The notes under the pieces: model-generated
The model's input: only the letters and a program-made list of their open reading frames with translations
Database searches by the model: none
Told to the model about the DNA's origin: nothing
Program-made: the position numbers and the translations under genes
Virus record (IMG/VR): IMGVR_UViG_2526164647_000009
Source: a virus
Lineage: Duplodnaviria > Heunggongvirae > Uroviricota > Caudoviricetes
Direction: 5' to 3' (one strand)
Length of the DNA: 17,683 nucleotides
Part shown: piece by piece, positions 1-9,396 of the stretch
Position numbering within the stretch: the first letter of the stretch is position 1
How the letters are laid out: every line of letters starts with the position of its first letter

Positions 1-403
1 TTTCGGCGGGCGTGGGCCAGGCACCCGGCTTCCTTCACCCGGCCCGTTTCGTACAGTACGTTATAACCTGCATAGGCATCAGCCTGCAGTACGCCCTGAT
101 ACTTTGCCAGGTGGAGCTGCGGATGTTCTCCTTTGCGATCTGCCGAATACGCGAACCAGACGGCTGCCGGCAGGGATGAACCCGCATTACGATCATCCCT
201 GACGTATACCCACAGACGACCCGTTTTCGTCTTTCCGTTCCCCGGGGCCAGTACTTTCACCGGAGTGTCATCTGCGTGCACCTTTCCTGCCTCCAGAACA
301 TAGTCATTCAGCGCTATATACAGAGGACGGAGTTTGTCTGCCATTTCTGATACCCTGCGCACCATGGTATTACGGCTCAGCTCCACGCCCTGTCGCGCGT
401 ATA
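1..403 (-). pseudogene. IS66-family transposase (TnpC-like) internal fragment, cut by the window edge on one side and by the IS3-family insertion at 404/405 on the other
   Basis: My own minus-strand translation of 403->3 reads ...[134 protein letters not shown] with no stop. The motifs ([27 protein letters not shown]) are typical of the IS66 TnpC central region. The frame runs straight into the IS terminus at 404, so the gene is interrupted. It is not in the ORF track because it has no stop inside the window. Confidence 0.7.
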
Positions 404-447
404 TTGAGGTGTACTGGCAATAGCGGACACTACCATTTGTTCTTTTT

Positions 448-1266
448 TTAAGCAGCCATCTGATGATATTTTTCCCTGAAGGCTGCCGGGGAGATATTCC
501 CCAGACGAGAGTGACGACGCTGACGATTGTAGAAAATCTCAATGTATTCCCGTATTACTGAGATGGCTTCATCCCGGTTATTAAAACGATAGTGGCTCAG
601 GCTCTCATTTTTCAGCGTTCCCCAGAAGCTTTCCATCGGAGCGTTGTCGTAACAGTTACCTTTACGCGACATTGATGTTTTCAGACCAGACTGCTCCTGT
701 ATGACCCGGTAATCGTATGCGCAGTACTGTGAACCTCGATCAGAGTGGTGGATTAGCCCGGCAGGTGGGCGCTGGCTCCTGAGCGCCATAAACAGGGCTT
801 TACCTGTCAGCTCTTTTGTCATGCGCTCTCCCATGGCGTAGCCGACAATTTCGCACGTATAAACATCTTTGATGCCAGCGAGGTACAACCATCCCTCCTG
901 TGTGGCAACATACGTCAGGTCCGCCACCCAGACCTGATTTGGTGCTGTAGGAGCGAACGTCTGGTTCAGCAGATTTGGCGCAACTGGCAGATTGTGGTTC
1001 GGGTTCGTAGTCGCTCTGAACTTGCGTTTCTGCTTACAGCGTAGCCTCAGCTCCTTACGAAGACGTGCCAGTCGGTCACGACCAACGATGATGCCATTCT
1101 CTGCCAGCTCCGTCTGGAGCCGCCGGGTTCCATATGTTTCGCGAGTGCGGATATGTGCCACCTTAATCTCCAGTTTTAGCCGCTCATCACTTTGTTTTCT
1201 GTCTGAGGGTTCATGCTGTACCCAGTTGTAATAACCGCTCCTGGATACACCAAATACCTGACACAT
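448..1266 (-). CDS. IS3-family transposase OrfB (DDE catalytic domain), IS600-like, copy A
   Basis: The 272-aa ORF has the IS3-family integrase signature ([11 protein letters not shown]...EGWLYLA...HHSDRGSQY...[15 protein letters not shown]). It is in the -1 frame relative to the upstream orfA fragment. It differs from copy B at one residue (Leu32 versus Pro32, base 1172 versus 3113). Confidence 0.9.
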   Translation of the reverse strand: MCQVFGVSRSGYYNWVQHEPSDRKQSDERLKLEIKVAHIRTRETYGTRRLQTELAENGIIVGRDRLARLRKELRLRCKQKRKFRATTNPNHNLPVAPNLLNQTFAPTAPNQVWVADLTYVATQEGWLYLAGIKDVYTCEIVGYAMGERMTKELTGKALFMALRSQRPPAGLIHHSDRGSQYCAYDYRVIQEQSGLKTSMSRKGNCYDNAPMESFWGTLKNESLSHYRFNNRDEAISVIREYIEIFYNRQRRHSRLGNISPAAFREKYHQMAA

Positions 1267-1301
1267 CGCTTCAATGGGAAATTGTTGTCGCCATTGTTCG
1301 A

Positions 1302-1482
1302 TTAACGCGTATTTTTCAGCGACTCCTGTGCAAAATACGCTGTTGATTTTTTTAATATATCGCGCTCAAGGCGAGCTTCATTTAACGCCTTACGCAGTTG
1401 CAGAATTTCAGATTCCAGTTCAGCCACCGTGCGGGAACCAGGAGTACCGAGCCCTTTTCTGGCGGCGGTAACCCATTGTCCT
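1302..1482 (-). pseudogene. IS3-family OrfA C-terminal fragment (leucine-zipper part only), IS600-like copy A; the N-terminal helix-turn-helix part is absent
   Basis: The translation ...GQWVTAARKGLGTPGSRTVAELESEILQLRKALNEARLERDILKKSTAYFAQESLKNTR shows a heptad Leu pattern and the YFA motif of IS3-family OrfA C-termini. An A7 run (1347-1353 on the minus strand) sits at the orfA/orfB overlap. The homology ends at about 1482, where the palindrome junction lies. Confidence 0.8.
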
Positions 1483-1487
1483 GAAGG

Positions 1488-1490
1488 CAC
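1488..1490. repeat. CAC, left copy of the 3-bp target-site duplication flanking IS629
   Basis: CAC lies immediately outside the IS629 terminus at 1491 and again at 2797-2799. Removing IS629 plus one CAC restores an open orfA reading frame (cct gaa ggc act tta gga caa tgg = PEGTLGQW). Confidence 0.8.
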
Positions 1491-1532
1491 TGAACCGCCC
1501 CGGGTTTCCTGGAGAGTGTTTTATCTGTGAAC

Positions 1533-2415
<883 letters not shown>

Positions 2416-2419
<4 letters not shown>

Positions 2420-2742
2420 TTTTTCCAGAGGCGGTCGAACTCCGCCTTCGCAAAATAAGCGGAAGCCTGGCGAAGGATATCGTTACTGCGGCGCAGTTCA
2501 CGATTTTCACGCTCCGGCTCTTTCAGACGCTGACGTTCAGCGGTGGTGAGCCCTCCATCACCGCCCCCGGTATCCCGCTCATGCTGGCGACCCCAGACAC
2601 GCAGAGTCTCCGGCGTACAGCCAATCTTTGGAGCAATGGAACAAATTGTCGCCCATTGTGAGTCATATTCGCCCTGACTTTCCAGAACCATACGGACTGC
2701 CCGTTGACGGACTTCGGGGGAAAAACGAGTATTTTTAGTCAT
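2416..2742 (-). CDS. IS629 transposase OrfA (helix-turn-helix and leucine zipper), 108 aa
   Basis: [108 protein letters not shown] matches my memory of IS629 OrfA. Its stop overlaps the orfB ATG (ATGA). It lies 40 bp inside the right-hand inverted repeat. Confidence 0.9.
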
Positions 2743-2796
2743 CCTGTTTACCTCTTTCTCAGGAAGTTTAGTCTCCAGGATTCCCGGGGCGGTTCA

Positions 2797-2799
2797 CAC
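2797..2799. repeat. CAC, right copy of the 3-bp target-site duplication flanking IS629
   Basis: Same trinucleotide as 1488-1490, directly abutting the other IS629 terminus. Confidence 0.8.
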
Positions 2800-2800
2800 T

Positions 2801-2983
2801 TTAGGACAATGGGTTACCGCCGCCAGAAAAGGGCTCGGTACTCCTGGTTCCCGCACGGTGGCTGAACTGGAATCTGAAATTCTGCAACTGCGTAAGGCGT
2901 TAAATGAAGCTCGCCTTGAGCGAGATATATTAAAAAAAGCAACAGCGTATTTTGCACAGGAGTCGCTGAAAAATACGCGTTAA
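2801..2983 (+). pseudogene. IS3-family OrfA C-terminal fragment, IS600-like copy B; the N-terminal part is absent from this window
   Basis: The frame reads LGQWVTAARKGLGTPGSRTVAELESEILQLRKALNEARLERDILKKATAYFAQESLKNTR and stops at 2981-2983. There is no upstream start, helix-turn-helix region or left inverted repeat. Confidence 0.8.
2932..2939 (+). promoter_or_regulatory. A7G (A AAA AAG type) -1 ribosomal frameshift motif at the orfA/orfB overlap of the IS600-like element
   Basis: The A7 run followed by G sits at the point where orfB is open in the -1 frame relative to orfA, which is the standard IS3-family OrfAB fusion mechanism. The mirror motif in copy A (1346-1353, minus strand) has T instead of G after the A7 run. 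Confidence 0.7.
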
Positions 2984-3018
2984 TCGAACAATGGCGACAA
3001 CAATTTCCCATTGAAGCG

Positions 3019-3837
3019 ATGTGTCAGGTATTTGGTGTATCCAGGAGCGGTTATTACAACTGGGTACAGCATGAACCCTCAGACAGAAAACAAAGTGATG
3101 AGCGGCTAAAACCGGAGATTAAGGTGGCACATATCCGCACTCGCGAAACATATGGAACCCGGCGGCTCCAGACGGAGCTGGCAGAGAATGGCATCATCGT
3201 TGGTCGTGACCGACTGGCACGTCTTCGTAAGGAGCTGAGGCTACGCTGTAAGCAGAAACGCAAGTTCAGAGCGACTACGAACCCGAACCACAATCTGCCA
3301 GTTGCGCCAAATCTGCTGAACCAGACGTTCGCTCCTACAGCACCAAATCAGGTCTGGGTGGCGGACCTGACGTATGTTGCCACACAGGAGGGATGGTTGT
3401 ACCTCGCTGGCATCAAAGATGTTTATACGTGTGAAATTGTCGGCTACGCCATGGGAGAGCGCATGACAAAAGAGCTGACAGGTAAAGCCCTGTTTATGGC
3501 GCTCAGGAGCCAGCGCCCACCTGCCGGGCTAATCCACCACTCTGATCGAGGTTCACAGTACTGCGCATACGATTACCGGGTCATACAGGAGCAGTCTGGT
3601 CTGAAAACATCAATGTCGCGTAAAGGTAACTGTTACGACAACGCTCCGATGGAAAGCTTCTGGGGAACGCTGAAAAATGAGAGCCTGAGCCACTATCGTT
3701 TTAATAACCGGGATGAAGCCATCTCAGTAATACGGGAATACATTGAGATTTTCTACAATCGTCAGCGTCGTCACTCTCGTCTGGGGAATATCTCCCCGGC
3801 AGCCTTCAGGGAAAAATATCATCAGATGGCTGCTTAA
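3019..3837 (+). CDS. IS3-family transposase OrfB (DDE domain), IS600-like, copy B
   Basis: The 272-aa ORF is identical to the copy A OrfB except for Pro32. Confidence 0.9.
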   Translation: MCQVFGVSRSGYYNWVQHEPSDRKQSDERLKPEIKVAHIRTRETYGTRRLQTELAENGIIVGRDRLARLRKELRLRCKQKRKFRATTNPNHNLPVAPNLLNQTFAPTAPNQVWVADLTYVATQEGWLYLAGIKDVYTCEIVGYAMGERMTKELTGKALFMALRSQRPPAGLIHHSDRGSQYCAYDYRVIQEQSGLKTSMSRKGNCYDNAPMESFWGTLKNESLSHYRFNNRDEAISVIREYIEIFYNRQRRHSRLGNISPAAFREKYHQMAA

Positions 3838-3882
3838 AAAAAGAACAAATGGTAGTGTCCGCTATTGCCAGTACACCTCAAA

Positions 3883-4188
3883 CTACTCATTGCCAGATGG
3901 GAACTGACCGCAGAACAGGCTGTCGCACAGCAGTTAAAAAATCAGGTGTCAAAAGGAAATCTTATCGATACCGGATTTTGTATTTTTGCCCTTAGTAAGC
4001 TGGCGATGGCTTTATCCAGTACGCTTGACTCCATTCCTTTGTCCATGCAACGACAGTTCCCGGATTTAACGCCGCGTCATATTGATCATCTGAAAATCCT
4101 TATTGCTAAGGGAGCGAATCAGTGCGCGCGTGCGGGGGATAAATTACCGGATTTACTCGATGAATATATCAGAACAACAACTGAGTAA
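3883..4188 (+). pseudogene. nu1: Terminase small subunit (lambda Nu1-like), C-terminal roughly 100 codons only; the 5' part of the gene is replaced by the IS600-like element
   Basis: The translation ...ARWELTAEQAVAQQLKNQVSKGNLIDTGFCIFALSKLAMALSSTLDSIPLSMQRQFPDLTPRHIDHLKILIAKGANQCARAGDKLPDLLDEYIRTTTE aligns with the lambda Nu1 C-terminal region (RHRLTRAQADAQELKN...ETAFCTFVLSRIA...LPLSVQRRFPEL...LSEYIEQSG, from memory). The homology starts exactly at the IS end. The 3' end overlaps the start of A as in lambda. Confidence 0.85.
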
Positions 4189-6088
4189 TATGATGGTGGC
4201 AGTCACTATCGCACTGCAGCCACTGGTCAGGGTATTGCCGGTGACGGCTGTAGAATGGGCCGATCAAAATTATTACCTGCCTAAAGAATCGTCATACGGT
4301 GAGGGGGAATGGAAAACGCTGCCGTTTCAGGTCGCCATCATGAACTGCATGGGCAATGACGAGATTCGTACAGTTAACCTGATTAAATCTGCCCGTGTTG
4401 GTTATACAAAAATGGTGCTTGGTGTGATCGGGTATTTTATTGAGCACAAATCCCGCAACACTCTTCTTTTTCAGCCGACGGACTCAGCTGCTGAAGATTT
4501 TATGAAGTCTCACGTGGAAGCAACAATTCGTGATGTTCCTTGCCTGAAAAAACTTTCTCCCTGGCTGGGCCGGAAACACCGGGATAATACGCTCACACTG
4601 AAGCGTTTTTCCTCTGGTGTGGGGTTCTGGTGTTTGGGTGGTGCTGCTGCCAAAAACTACCGTGAAAAATCTGTCGATGTGGTCTGCTATGACGAACTCT
4701 CCTCGTTTGAACCGGATGTGGAAAAAGAAGGTTCGCCAACACTGCTTGGCGATAAACGTATTGAAGGTTCGGTATGGCCAAAATCCATACGCGGTTCAAC
4801 GCCAAAAATTAAAGGCTCCTGTCAGATTGAAAAAGCTGCGAATGAATCTGCGCATTTCATGCGGTTTTATGTCCCTTGCCCTCATTGCGGGGAGGAGCAG
4901 TATCTGAAGTTTGGCGATGATGCGACGTCGTTTGGCCTGAAATGGGAGAAGGGTAAACCGGAAACGGTGTATTACCTGTGTGAACATAATGGCTGCGTGA
5001 TCCGTCAGTCTGAACTTGATCAGACCGGGGGGCGCTGGATTTGTGACAATACCGGGATGTGGACGCGTGACGGTCTGACGTTTTTCAGTGCTTCGGGTAA
5101 TGAAATTCCGCCGCCGCGCTCCATCACTTTCCATATATGGACGGCGTACAGTCCGTTCACCACCTGGGTACAGATAGTCTGTGACTGGCTGGATGCACTG
5201 AAAGATCCCAACGGCGTGAAAACTTTTGTGAACACCACGCTGGGCGAGACCTGGGAAGAGGCCGTGGGCGAAAAACTCGATCACCAGGTACTGATGGATA
5301 AGGTTGTGCCTTACACGGCAACGGTGCCTGTCCGGGTGGTTTATCTGACGGCGGGCATTGACTCGCAGCGAAACCGTTTTGAGATGTATGTCTGGGGGTG
5401 GGCTCCGGGAGAGGAAGCCTTTCTGGTGGATAAAATCATCATCATGGGACGTCCTGATGAGGAAGAGACGCTGTTACGTGTGGATGCGGCGATCAATAAA
5501 AAATACCGCCATGCAGACGGTACCGAAATGACCATTTCCCGTGTCTGCTGGGATATCGGGGGGATCGATGGCGAAATCGTGTATCAGAGGTCAAAAAAAC
5601 ACGGTGTTTTCCGGGTACTGCCGGTAAAAGGTGCCTCTGTCTATGGCAAGCCGGTGATCACCATGCCGAAAACCCGCAATCAGCGGGGTGTGTATCTGTG
5701 TGAGGTGGGGACGGATACCGCAAAAGAAATTCTCTATGCCCGAATGAAGGCCGATCCCACCCCTGTGAATGAGGCCACATCGTATGCCATCCGCTTTCCT
5801 GATAATCCGGAGATTTTTTCGCAGACAGAGGCACAACAACTGGTGGCGGAGGAACTGGTGGAAAAGTGGGAAAAAGGAAAGATGCGTCTGTTGTGGGATA
5901 ACAAAAAGCGGCGTAACGAAGCGCTGGACTGCCTGGTGTATGCCTATGCGGCATTACGTGTGTCCGTGCAACGCTGGCAACTTGATCTGGCTGTGCTGGC
6001 GGCATCCCGCAAGGATGCAACTGCACAACCGACCCTTGAAGAACTGGCAGCGAAGCTGTCCGGAGGAGTGAATGGTTACAGTCGCTGA
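4160..6088 (+). CDS. A: Terminase large subunit (lambda gpA-like)
   Basis: MNISEQQ...TAVEWADQNYYLPKESSYGEGEWKTLPFQ...SARVGYTKM...KRIEGSVWPKSIRGSTPKIKGSCQIE...CPHCGEEQYLKFGD...FHIWTAYSPFTTWVQIV...FVNTTLGETWEE...KKRRNEALDC is collinear with lambda gpA along its whole length. The start is taken at the ATG aligning with the lambda MNIS start, not the upstream in-frame ATG at 4103. Confidence 0.95.
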   Translation: MNISEQQLSNMMVAVTIALQPLVRVLPVTAVEWADQNYYLPKESSYGEGEWKTLPFQVAIMNCMGNDEIRTVNLIKSARVGYTKMVLGVIGYFIEHKSRNTLLFQPTDSAAEDFMKSHVEATIRDVPCLKKLSPWLGRKHRDNTLTLKRFSSGVGFWCLGGAAAKNYREKSVDVVCYDELSSFEPDVEKEGSPTLLGDKRIEGSVWPKSIRGSTPKIKGSCQIEKAANESAHFMRFYVPCPHCGEEQYLKFGDDATSFGLKWEKGKPETVYYLCEHNGCVIRQSELDQTGGRWICDNTGMWTRDGLTFFSASGNEIPPPRSITFHIWTAYSPFTTWVQIVCDWLDALKDPNGVKTFVNTTLGETWEEAVGEKLDHQVLMDKVVPYTATVPVRVVYLTAGIDSQRNRFEMYVWGWAPGEEAFLVDKIIIMGRPDEEETLLRVDAAINKKYRHADGTEMTISRVCWDIGGIDGEIVYQRSKKHGVFRVLPVKGASVYGKPVITMPKTRNQRGVYLCEVGTDTAKEILYARMKADPTPVNEATSYAIRFPDNPEIFSQTEAQQLVAEELVEKWEKGKMRLLWDNKKRRNEALDCLVYAYAALRVSVQRWQLDLAVLAASRKDATAQPTLEELAAKLSGGVNGYSR

Positions 6089-6275
6089 ACTGCAGGCGCT
6101 GCGTCAGGCGCGCCTTGATTTATTAACCGGTAAACGGGTTGTGTCGGTACAGAAAGACGGTCGCAGGATCGAATATACGGCAGCGTCCCTGAATGAGCTT
6201 AACCGTGCGATCAACGATGCGGAGTCGGTTCTGGGTACGACCCGACGCCGCCGACCGCTGGGAGTGAGGTTATGA
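6072..6275 (+). CDS. W: Head-tail joining / head completion protein (lambda gpW-like)
   Basis: The 67-aa product ...LTGKRVVSVQKDGRRIEYTAASLNEL...RRRRP resembles lambda W (...[20 protein letters not shown]...). There is a GGAGGA ribosome-binding site at 6062-6067, and the position between A and B is conserved. Confidence 0.9.
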   Translation: MVTVAELQALRQARLDLLTGKRVVSVQKDGRRIEYTAASLNELNRAINDAESVLGTTRRRRPLGVRL

Positions 6276-7865
6276 AACGAACGCCTGTCCTGATTGATGT
6301 GAACGGCGTTCCGCTTCGTGAGAGTCTCAGCTACAACGGAGGCGGCGCAGGATTTGGCGGGCAAATGGCAGAGTGGTTACCACCGGCGCAGAGTGCCGAT
6401 GCGGCCCTGTTGCCTGCATTGCGTCTGGGGAATGCCCGGGCAGATGATCTGGTGCGCAATAACGGTATCGCGGCTAATGCGGTGGCCCTGCATAAGGATC
6501 ATATCGTCGGGCACATGTTTCTTATCAGCTACCGTCTGAACTGGCGTTGGCTGGGGATGCGGGAGACCACGGCAAAAAGTTTTGTCGGGGAGGTGGAAGC
6601 AGCCTGGTCGGAATACGCAGAAGGAATGTTTGGCGAGATCGACGTGGAAGGGAAACGCACGTTTACGGAATTTATCCGTGAAGGGGTGGGCGTGCATGCC
6701 TTTAACGGCGAAATCTTTGTGCAGCCGGTCTGGGATACGGAAACCACGCAGTTATTCCGTACGCGTTTTAAAGCCGTGAGTCCGAAACGGGTGGACACGC
6801 CAGGACACGGTATGGGGAACCACTTTCTGCGGGCCGGGGTTGAGGTCGATCGGTATGGGCGGGCGATTGCGTACCATATCTGTGAGGATGATTTTCCGTT
6901 CTCTGGTGCCGGACGCTGGGAGCGGATCCCGCGTGAGCTTCCCACCGGGCGTCCGGCCATGCTGCATATTTTTGAGCCGGTGGAGGACGGGCAGACCCGT
7001 GGGGCCAATCAGTTTTACAGCGTAATGGAGCGGATGAAGATGCTGGACTCCCTGCAGGCCACGCAGCTTCAGTCGGCCATTGTGAAGGCGATGTATGCAG
7101 CCACAATCGAAAGTGAACTTGATACCGAAAAGGCATTTGAATATATCGCGGGGGCACCGCAAGGTCAGCAGGATAATCCGCTTATTAATATTCTGGAGAA
7201 GTTCACCCGCTGGTATGACACGAATAACGTGACGCTGGGCGGTGTTAAAATTCCGCACCTTTTTTCCTGGCGATGCGCTGAACCTGCAGACAGCGCAGGA
7301 TTCAGACAATGGATTTTCGGCGCTTGAACAGGCGCTGCTGCGGTATATTGCAGCCGGTCTTGGCGTTTCCTACGAACAGTTGTCCCGTGATTACTCGAAG
7401 GTCAGTTACTCAAGTGCCCGTGCCTCCGCCAATGAGTCGTGGCGCTATTTTATGGGGCGGCGAAAATTTATTGCGGCCCGGCTGGCCACGCAGATGTTTT
7501 CCTGCTGGCTGGAAGAGGCGCTTCTTCGGGGGATTATTCGTCCGCCACGGGCGCGTTTTGATTTTTACCAGGCGCGTTCAGCCTGGTCACGGGCAGAGTG
7601 GATTGGCTCCGGAAGAATGGCCATTGACGGGCTCAAGGAGGTCCAGGAATCGGTGATGCGCATTGAGGCCGGACTGAGCACGTATGAGAAAGAACTGGCA
7701 CTGATGGGCGAAGATTATCAGGACATTTTCCGCCAGCAGGTCAGGGAATCCGCAGAGCGCGAAAAAGCCGGACTCTCACGTCCGGTGTGGATAGCCCAGG
7801 CGTATCAGCAGCAGATAGCGGAGAGTCGCAGGCCGGAAGAGGAGACAACATCACGTGAGACGTAA
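6272..7865 (+). pseudogene. B: Portal protein (lambda gpB-like) with a +1 frameshift at the T6 run 7260-7265
   Basis: ORF 6272-7327 carries the N-terminal 330 or so residues (...GGGAGFGGQ...ARADDLVRNNG...IFEPVEDGQTRGANQFYSVME...SAIVKAMYAATIESELDT...GGVKIPHLF). ORF 7242-7865 carries the remainder (FPGDALNLQTAQDSDNGFS...LLRYIAAGLGVSYEQLSR...WIGSGRMAIDGLKEVQE...). Both align with lambda B. The total span is 3n+1. Confidence 0.9.
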
Positions 7866-9360
7866 TCTTTCACATATTATCGCTGCGGCATTCAATGAGC
7901 CGCTGCTTCTGGAGCCCGCCTATGCGCGGGTTTTCTTTTGCGCGCTCGGGCGTGAGATGGGCGCAGCAAGCCTTTCGGTACCGCAACAGCAGGTACAGCT
8001 TGACGCTCCCGGGATGCTGGCTGAAACGGACGAGTACATGGCCGGAGGCAAACGACCTGCCCGTGTTTACCGGGTGGTGAACGGTATTGCTGTACTGCCG
8101 GTGACCGGCACGCTGGTACACCGGCTGGGTGGCATGCGGCCATTTTCCGGAATGACTGGCTATGACGGCATTGTCGCCTGTCTTCAGCAGGCAATGGCGG
8201 ACACTCAGGTACGGGGCGTACTGCTGGACATTGACAGTCCTGGCGGGCAGGCCACCGGCGCGTTTGACTGCGCTGACATGATTTACCGTCTCCGGCAGCT
8301 GAAGCCTGTCTGGGCACTGTGCAATGACACGGCCTGTTCAGCCGCCATGTTACTGGCATCGGCCTGCTCCCGACGGCTGGTTACCCAGACATCCCGTATC
8401 GGCTCCATTGGGGTGATGATGGGCCATGTCAGCTATGCCGGTCATCTGGCACAGGCCGGTGTGGATATCACGCTGATTTACGCCGGATCGCACAAGGTGG
8501 ATGGCAATCAGTTTGAATCCCTGCCAGCAAAGGTTCGCCAGGACATGCAGCAGCGCATTGATGCGGCGCGCCGGATGTTTGCTGAAAAAGTGGCGATGTA
8601 TACCGGTTTATCTGTGGATGCGGTTATGGGAACAGAGGCCGCCGTTTTTGAAGGTCAGTCCGGTATTGAGGCCGAACTGGCGGATGAATTAATCAATGCG
8701 TCGGACGCCATCAGCGTGATGGCTGCGACGCTGAACACACACGATACAGGAGGCACTATGCCGCAATTAACTGCAACGGAGGCTGCCGCGCAGGAGAACC
8801 AGCGAGTGATGGGGATCCTGACGTGTCAGGAAGCGAAAGGACGTGAACAACTGGCCACGATGCTGGCAGGGCAACAGGGTATGAGCGTTGAGCAGGCCCG
8901 GGCGATTCTGGCCGTGGCGGCACCGCAACAATCTGGTGTATCTGCGCAGAGTGAAGCCGATCGCATTATGGCATGTGAAGAGGCGAAAGGACGTGAACAA
9001 CTGGCGGCAACGCTGGCGGCGATGCCGGAGATGACGGTGGAAAAAGCCCGTCCGATTCTGGCTGCTTCACCGCAGGCGAATGCCGGACCCTCACTTCGTG
9101 ATCAGATTATGGCCCTGGATGAGGCAAAAGGGGCAGAGGCGCAGGCTGAAAAACTGGCGGCCTGTCCGGGGATGACCGTGGAGAATGCCCGGGCTGTACT
9201 GGCGGCAGCCTCAGGCAGGGCAGAACCGGTTTCTGCATCCACAACCGCCATGTTTGAACATTTCATGGCGAACCATTCACCGGCAGCGGTACAGGGTGGC
9301 GTGCCACAGACGTCAGCAGACGGTGATGCGGACGTGAAAATGCTCATGGCCATGCCATGA
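7855..9360 (+). CDS. C: Head maturation protease / minor capsid protein C (lambda gpC-like, SppA/ClpP-type serine peptidase) with a C-terminal scaffold region
   Basis: ...AFNEPLLLEPAYARVFFCAL...NGIAVLPVTGTLV...SGMTGYDGI...LLDIDSPGGQATGAFDCADMI...KPVWALCNDTACSAAMLLASACSRRLVTQTSRIGSIGVMM...ITLIYAGSHKVDGN matches lambda C. A GTG start at 7855 overlaps the portal stop; the exact start is uncertain. Confidence 0.9.
   Translation: MRRNLSHIIAAAFNEPLLLEPAYARVFFCALGREMGAASLSVPQQQVQLDAPGMLAETDEYMAGGKRPARVYRVVNGIAVLPVTGTLVHRLGGMRPFSGMTGYDGIVACLQQAMADTQVRGVLLDIDSPGGQATGAFDCADMIYRLRQLKPVWALCNDTACSAAMLLASACSRRLVTQTSRIGSIGVMMGHVSYAGHLAQAGVDITLIYAGSHKVDGNQFESLPAKVRQDMQQRIDAARRMFAEKVAMYTGLSVDAVMGTEAAVFEGQSGIEAELADELINASDAISVMAATLNTHDTGGTMPQLTATEAAAQENQRVMGILTCQEAKGREQLATMLAGQQGMSVEQARAILAVAAPQQSGVSAQSEADRIMACEEAKGREQLAATLAAMPEMTVEKARPILAASPQANAGPSLRDQIMALDEAKGAEAQAEKLAACPGMTVENARAVLAAASGRAEPVSASTTAMFEHFMANHSPAAVQGGVPQTSADGDADVKMLMAMP
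8758..9360 (+). CDS. nu3: Scaffolding protein (lambda Nu3-like), in-frame internal start within C
   Basis: A strong ribosome-binding site (ACAGGAGG, 8746-8752) lies 5 nt upstream of an in-frame ATG at 8758. The product MPQLTATEAAAQENQRVMGILTCQEAKGREQ... corresponds to the lambda Nu3 region (...AAENSRIMGILNCEEAHGRE...). Confidence 0.7.
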   Translation: MPQLTATEAAAQENQRVMGILTCQEAKGREQLATMLAGQQGMSVEQARAILAVAAPQQSGVSAQSEADRIMACEEAKGREQLAATLAAMPEMTVEKARPILAASPQANAGPSLRDQIMALDEAKGAEAQAEKLAACPGMTVENARAVLAAASGRAEPVSASTTAMFEHFMANHSPAAVQGGVPQTSADGDADVKMLMAMP

Positions 9361-9396
9361 AGTCAGTGCTGACCATCAATATGAGGTTTTTACAAT

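Larger units (their letters stand above)
404..1482 (-). mobile_element. IS3-family insertion sequence, IS600-like, copy A (minus orientation); 3' roughly 1.08 kb only, lacking the left inverted repeat and the N-terminal half of orfA
   Basis: The reverse complement of 405-1482 matches 2803-3880 almost base for base. The outer terminus ends in the TG/CA typical of IS3-family ends (tgaggtgtactggcaatagcggacac at 405-430 is the reverse complement of 3855-3880). It contains an intact orfB and the C-terminal part of orfA. The IS600 name rests on my recollection of IS600 ORF1/ORF2 proteins and is unverified. Confidence 0.75.
2797..3880 (+). mobile_element. IS3-family insertion sequence, IS600-like, copy B (plus orientation); 5'-truncated, and its few remaining 5' bases (about 1483-1490) are separated from it by the IS629 insertion
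   Basis: It carries the orfA C-terminal region, the A7G frameshift motif, orfB, and a terminal ...gtgtccgctattgccagtacacctca ending at 3880. It is the mirror image of 404-1482. Its outer flank is phage nu1 sequence. Confidence 0.75.

Noticed and set aside
1346-1353. Whether the A7-T (copy A) versus A7-G (copy B) difference next to the IS600 slippery run changes frameshifting.
   Set aside because: The A AAA AAA heptamer itself is intact in both copies; the SNP falls in the next codon. Both copies also lack the orfA N-terminus, so transposase output is moot.
992-1471. Plus-strand ORFs 992-1231 (79 aa) and 1274-1471 (65 aa) inside IS600-like copy A, and their mirror images 3054-3293 and 2814-3011 in copy B.
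   Set aside because: They are antisense to orfB and orfA, Arg/Ser-rich with low complexity, and appear twice only because the IS is duplicated. These are shadow ORFs, not genes.
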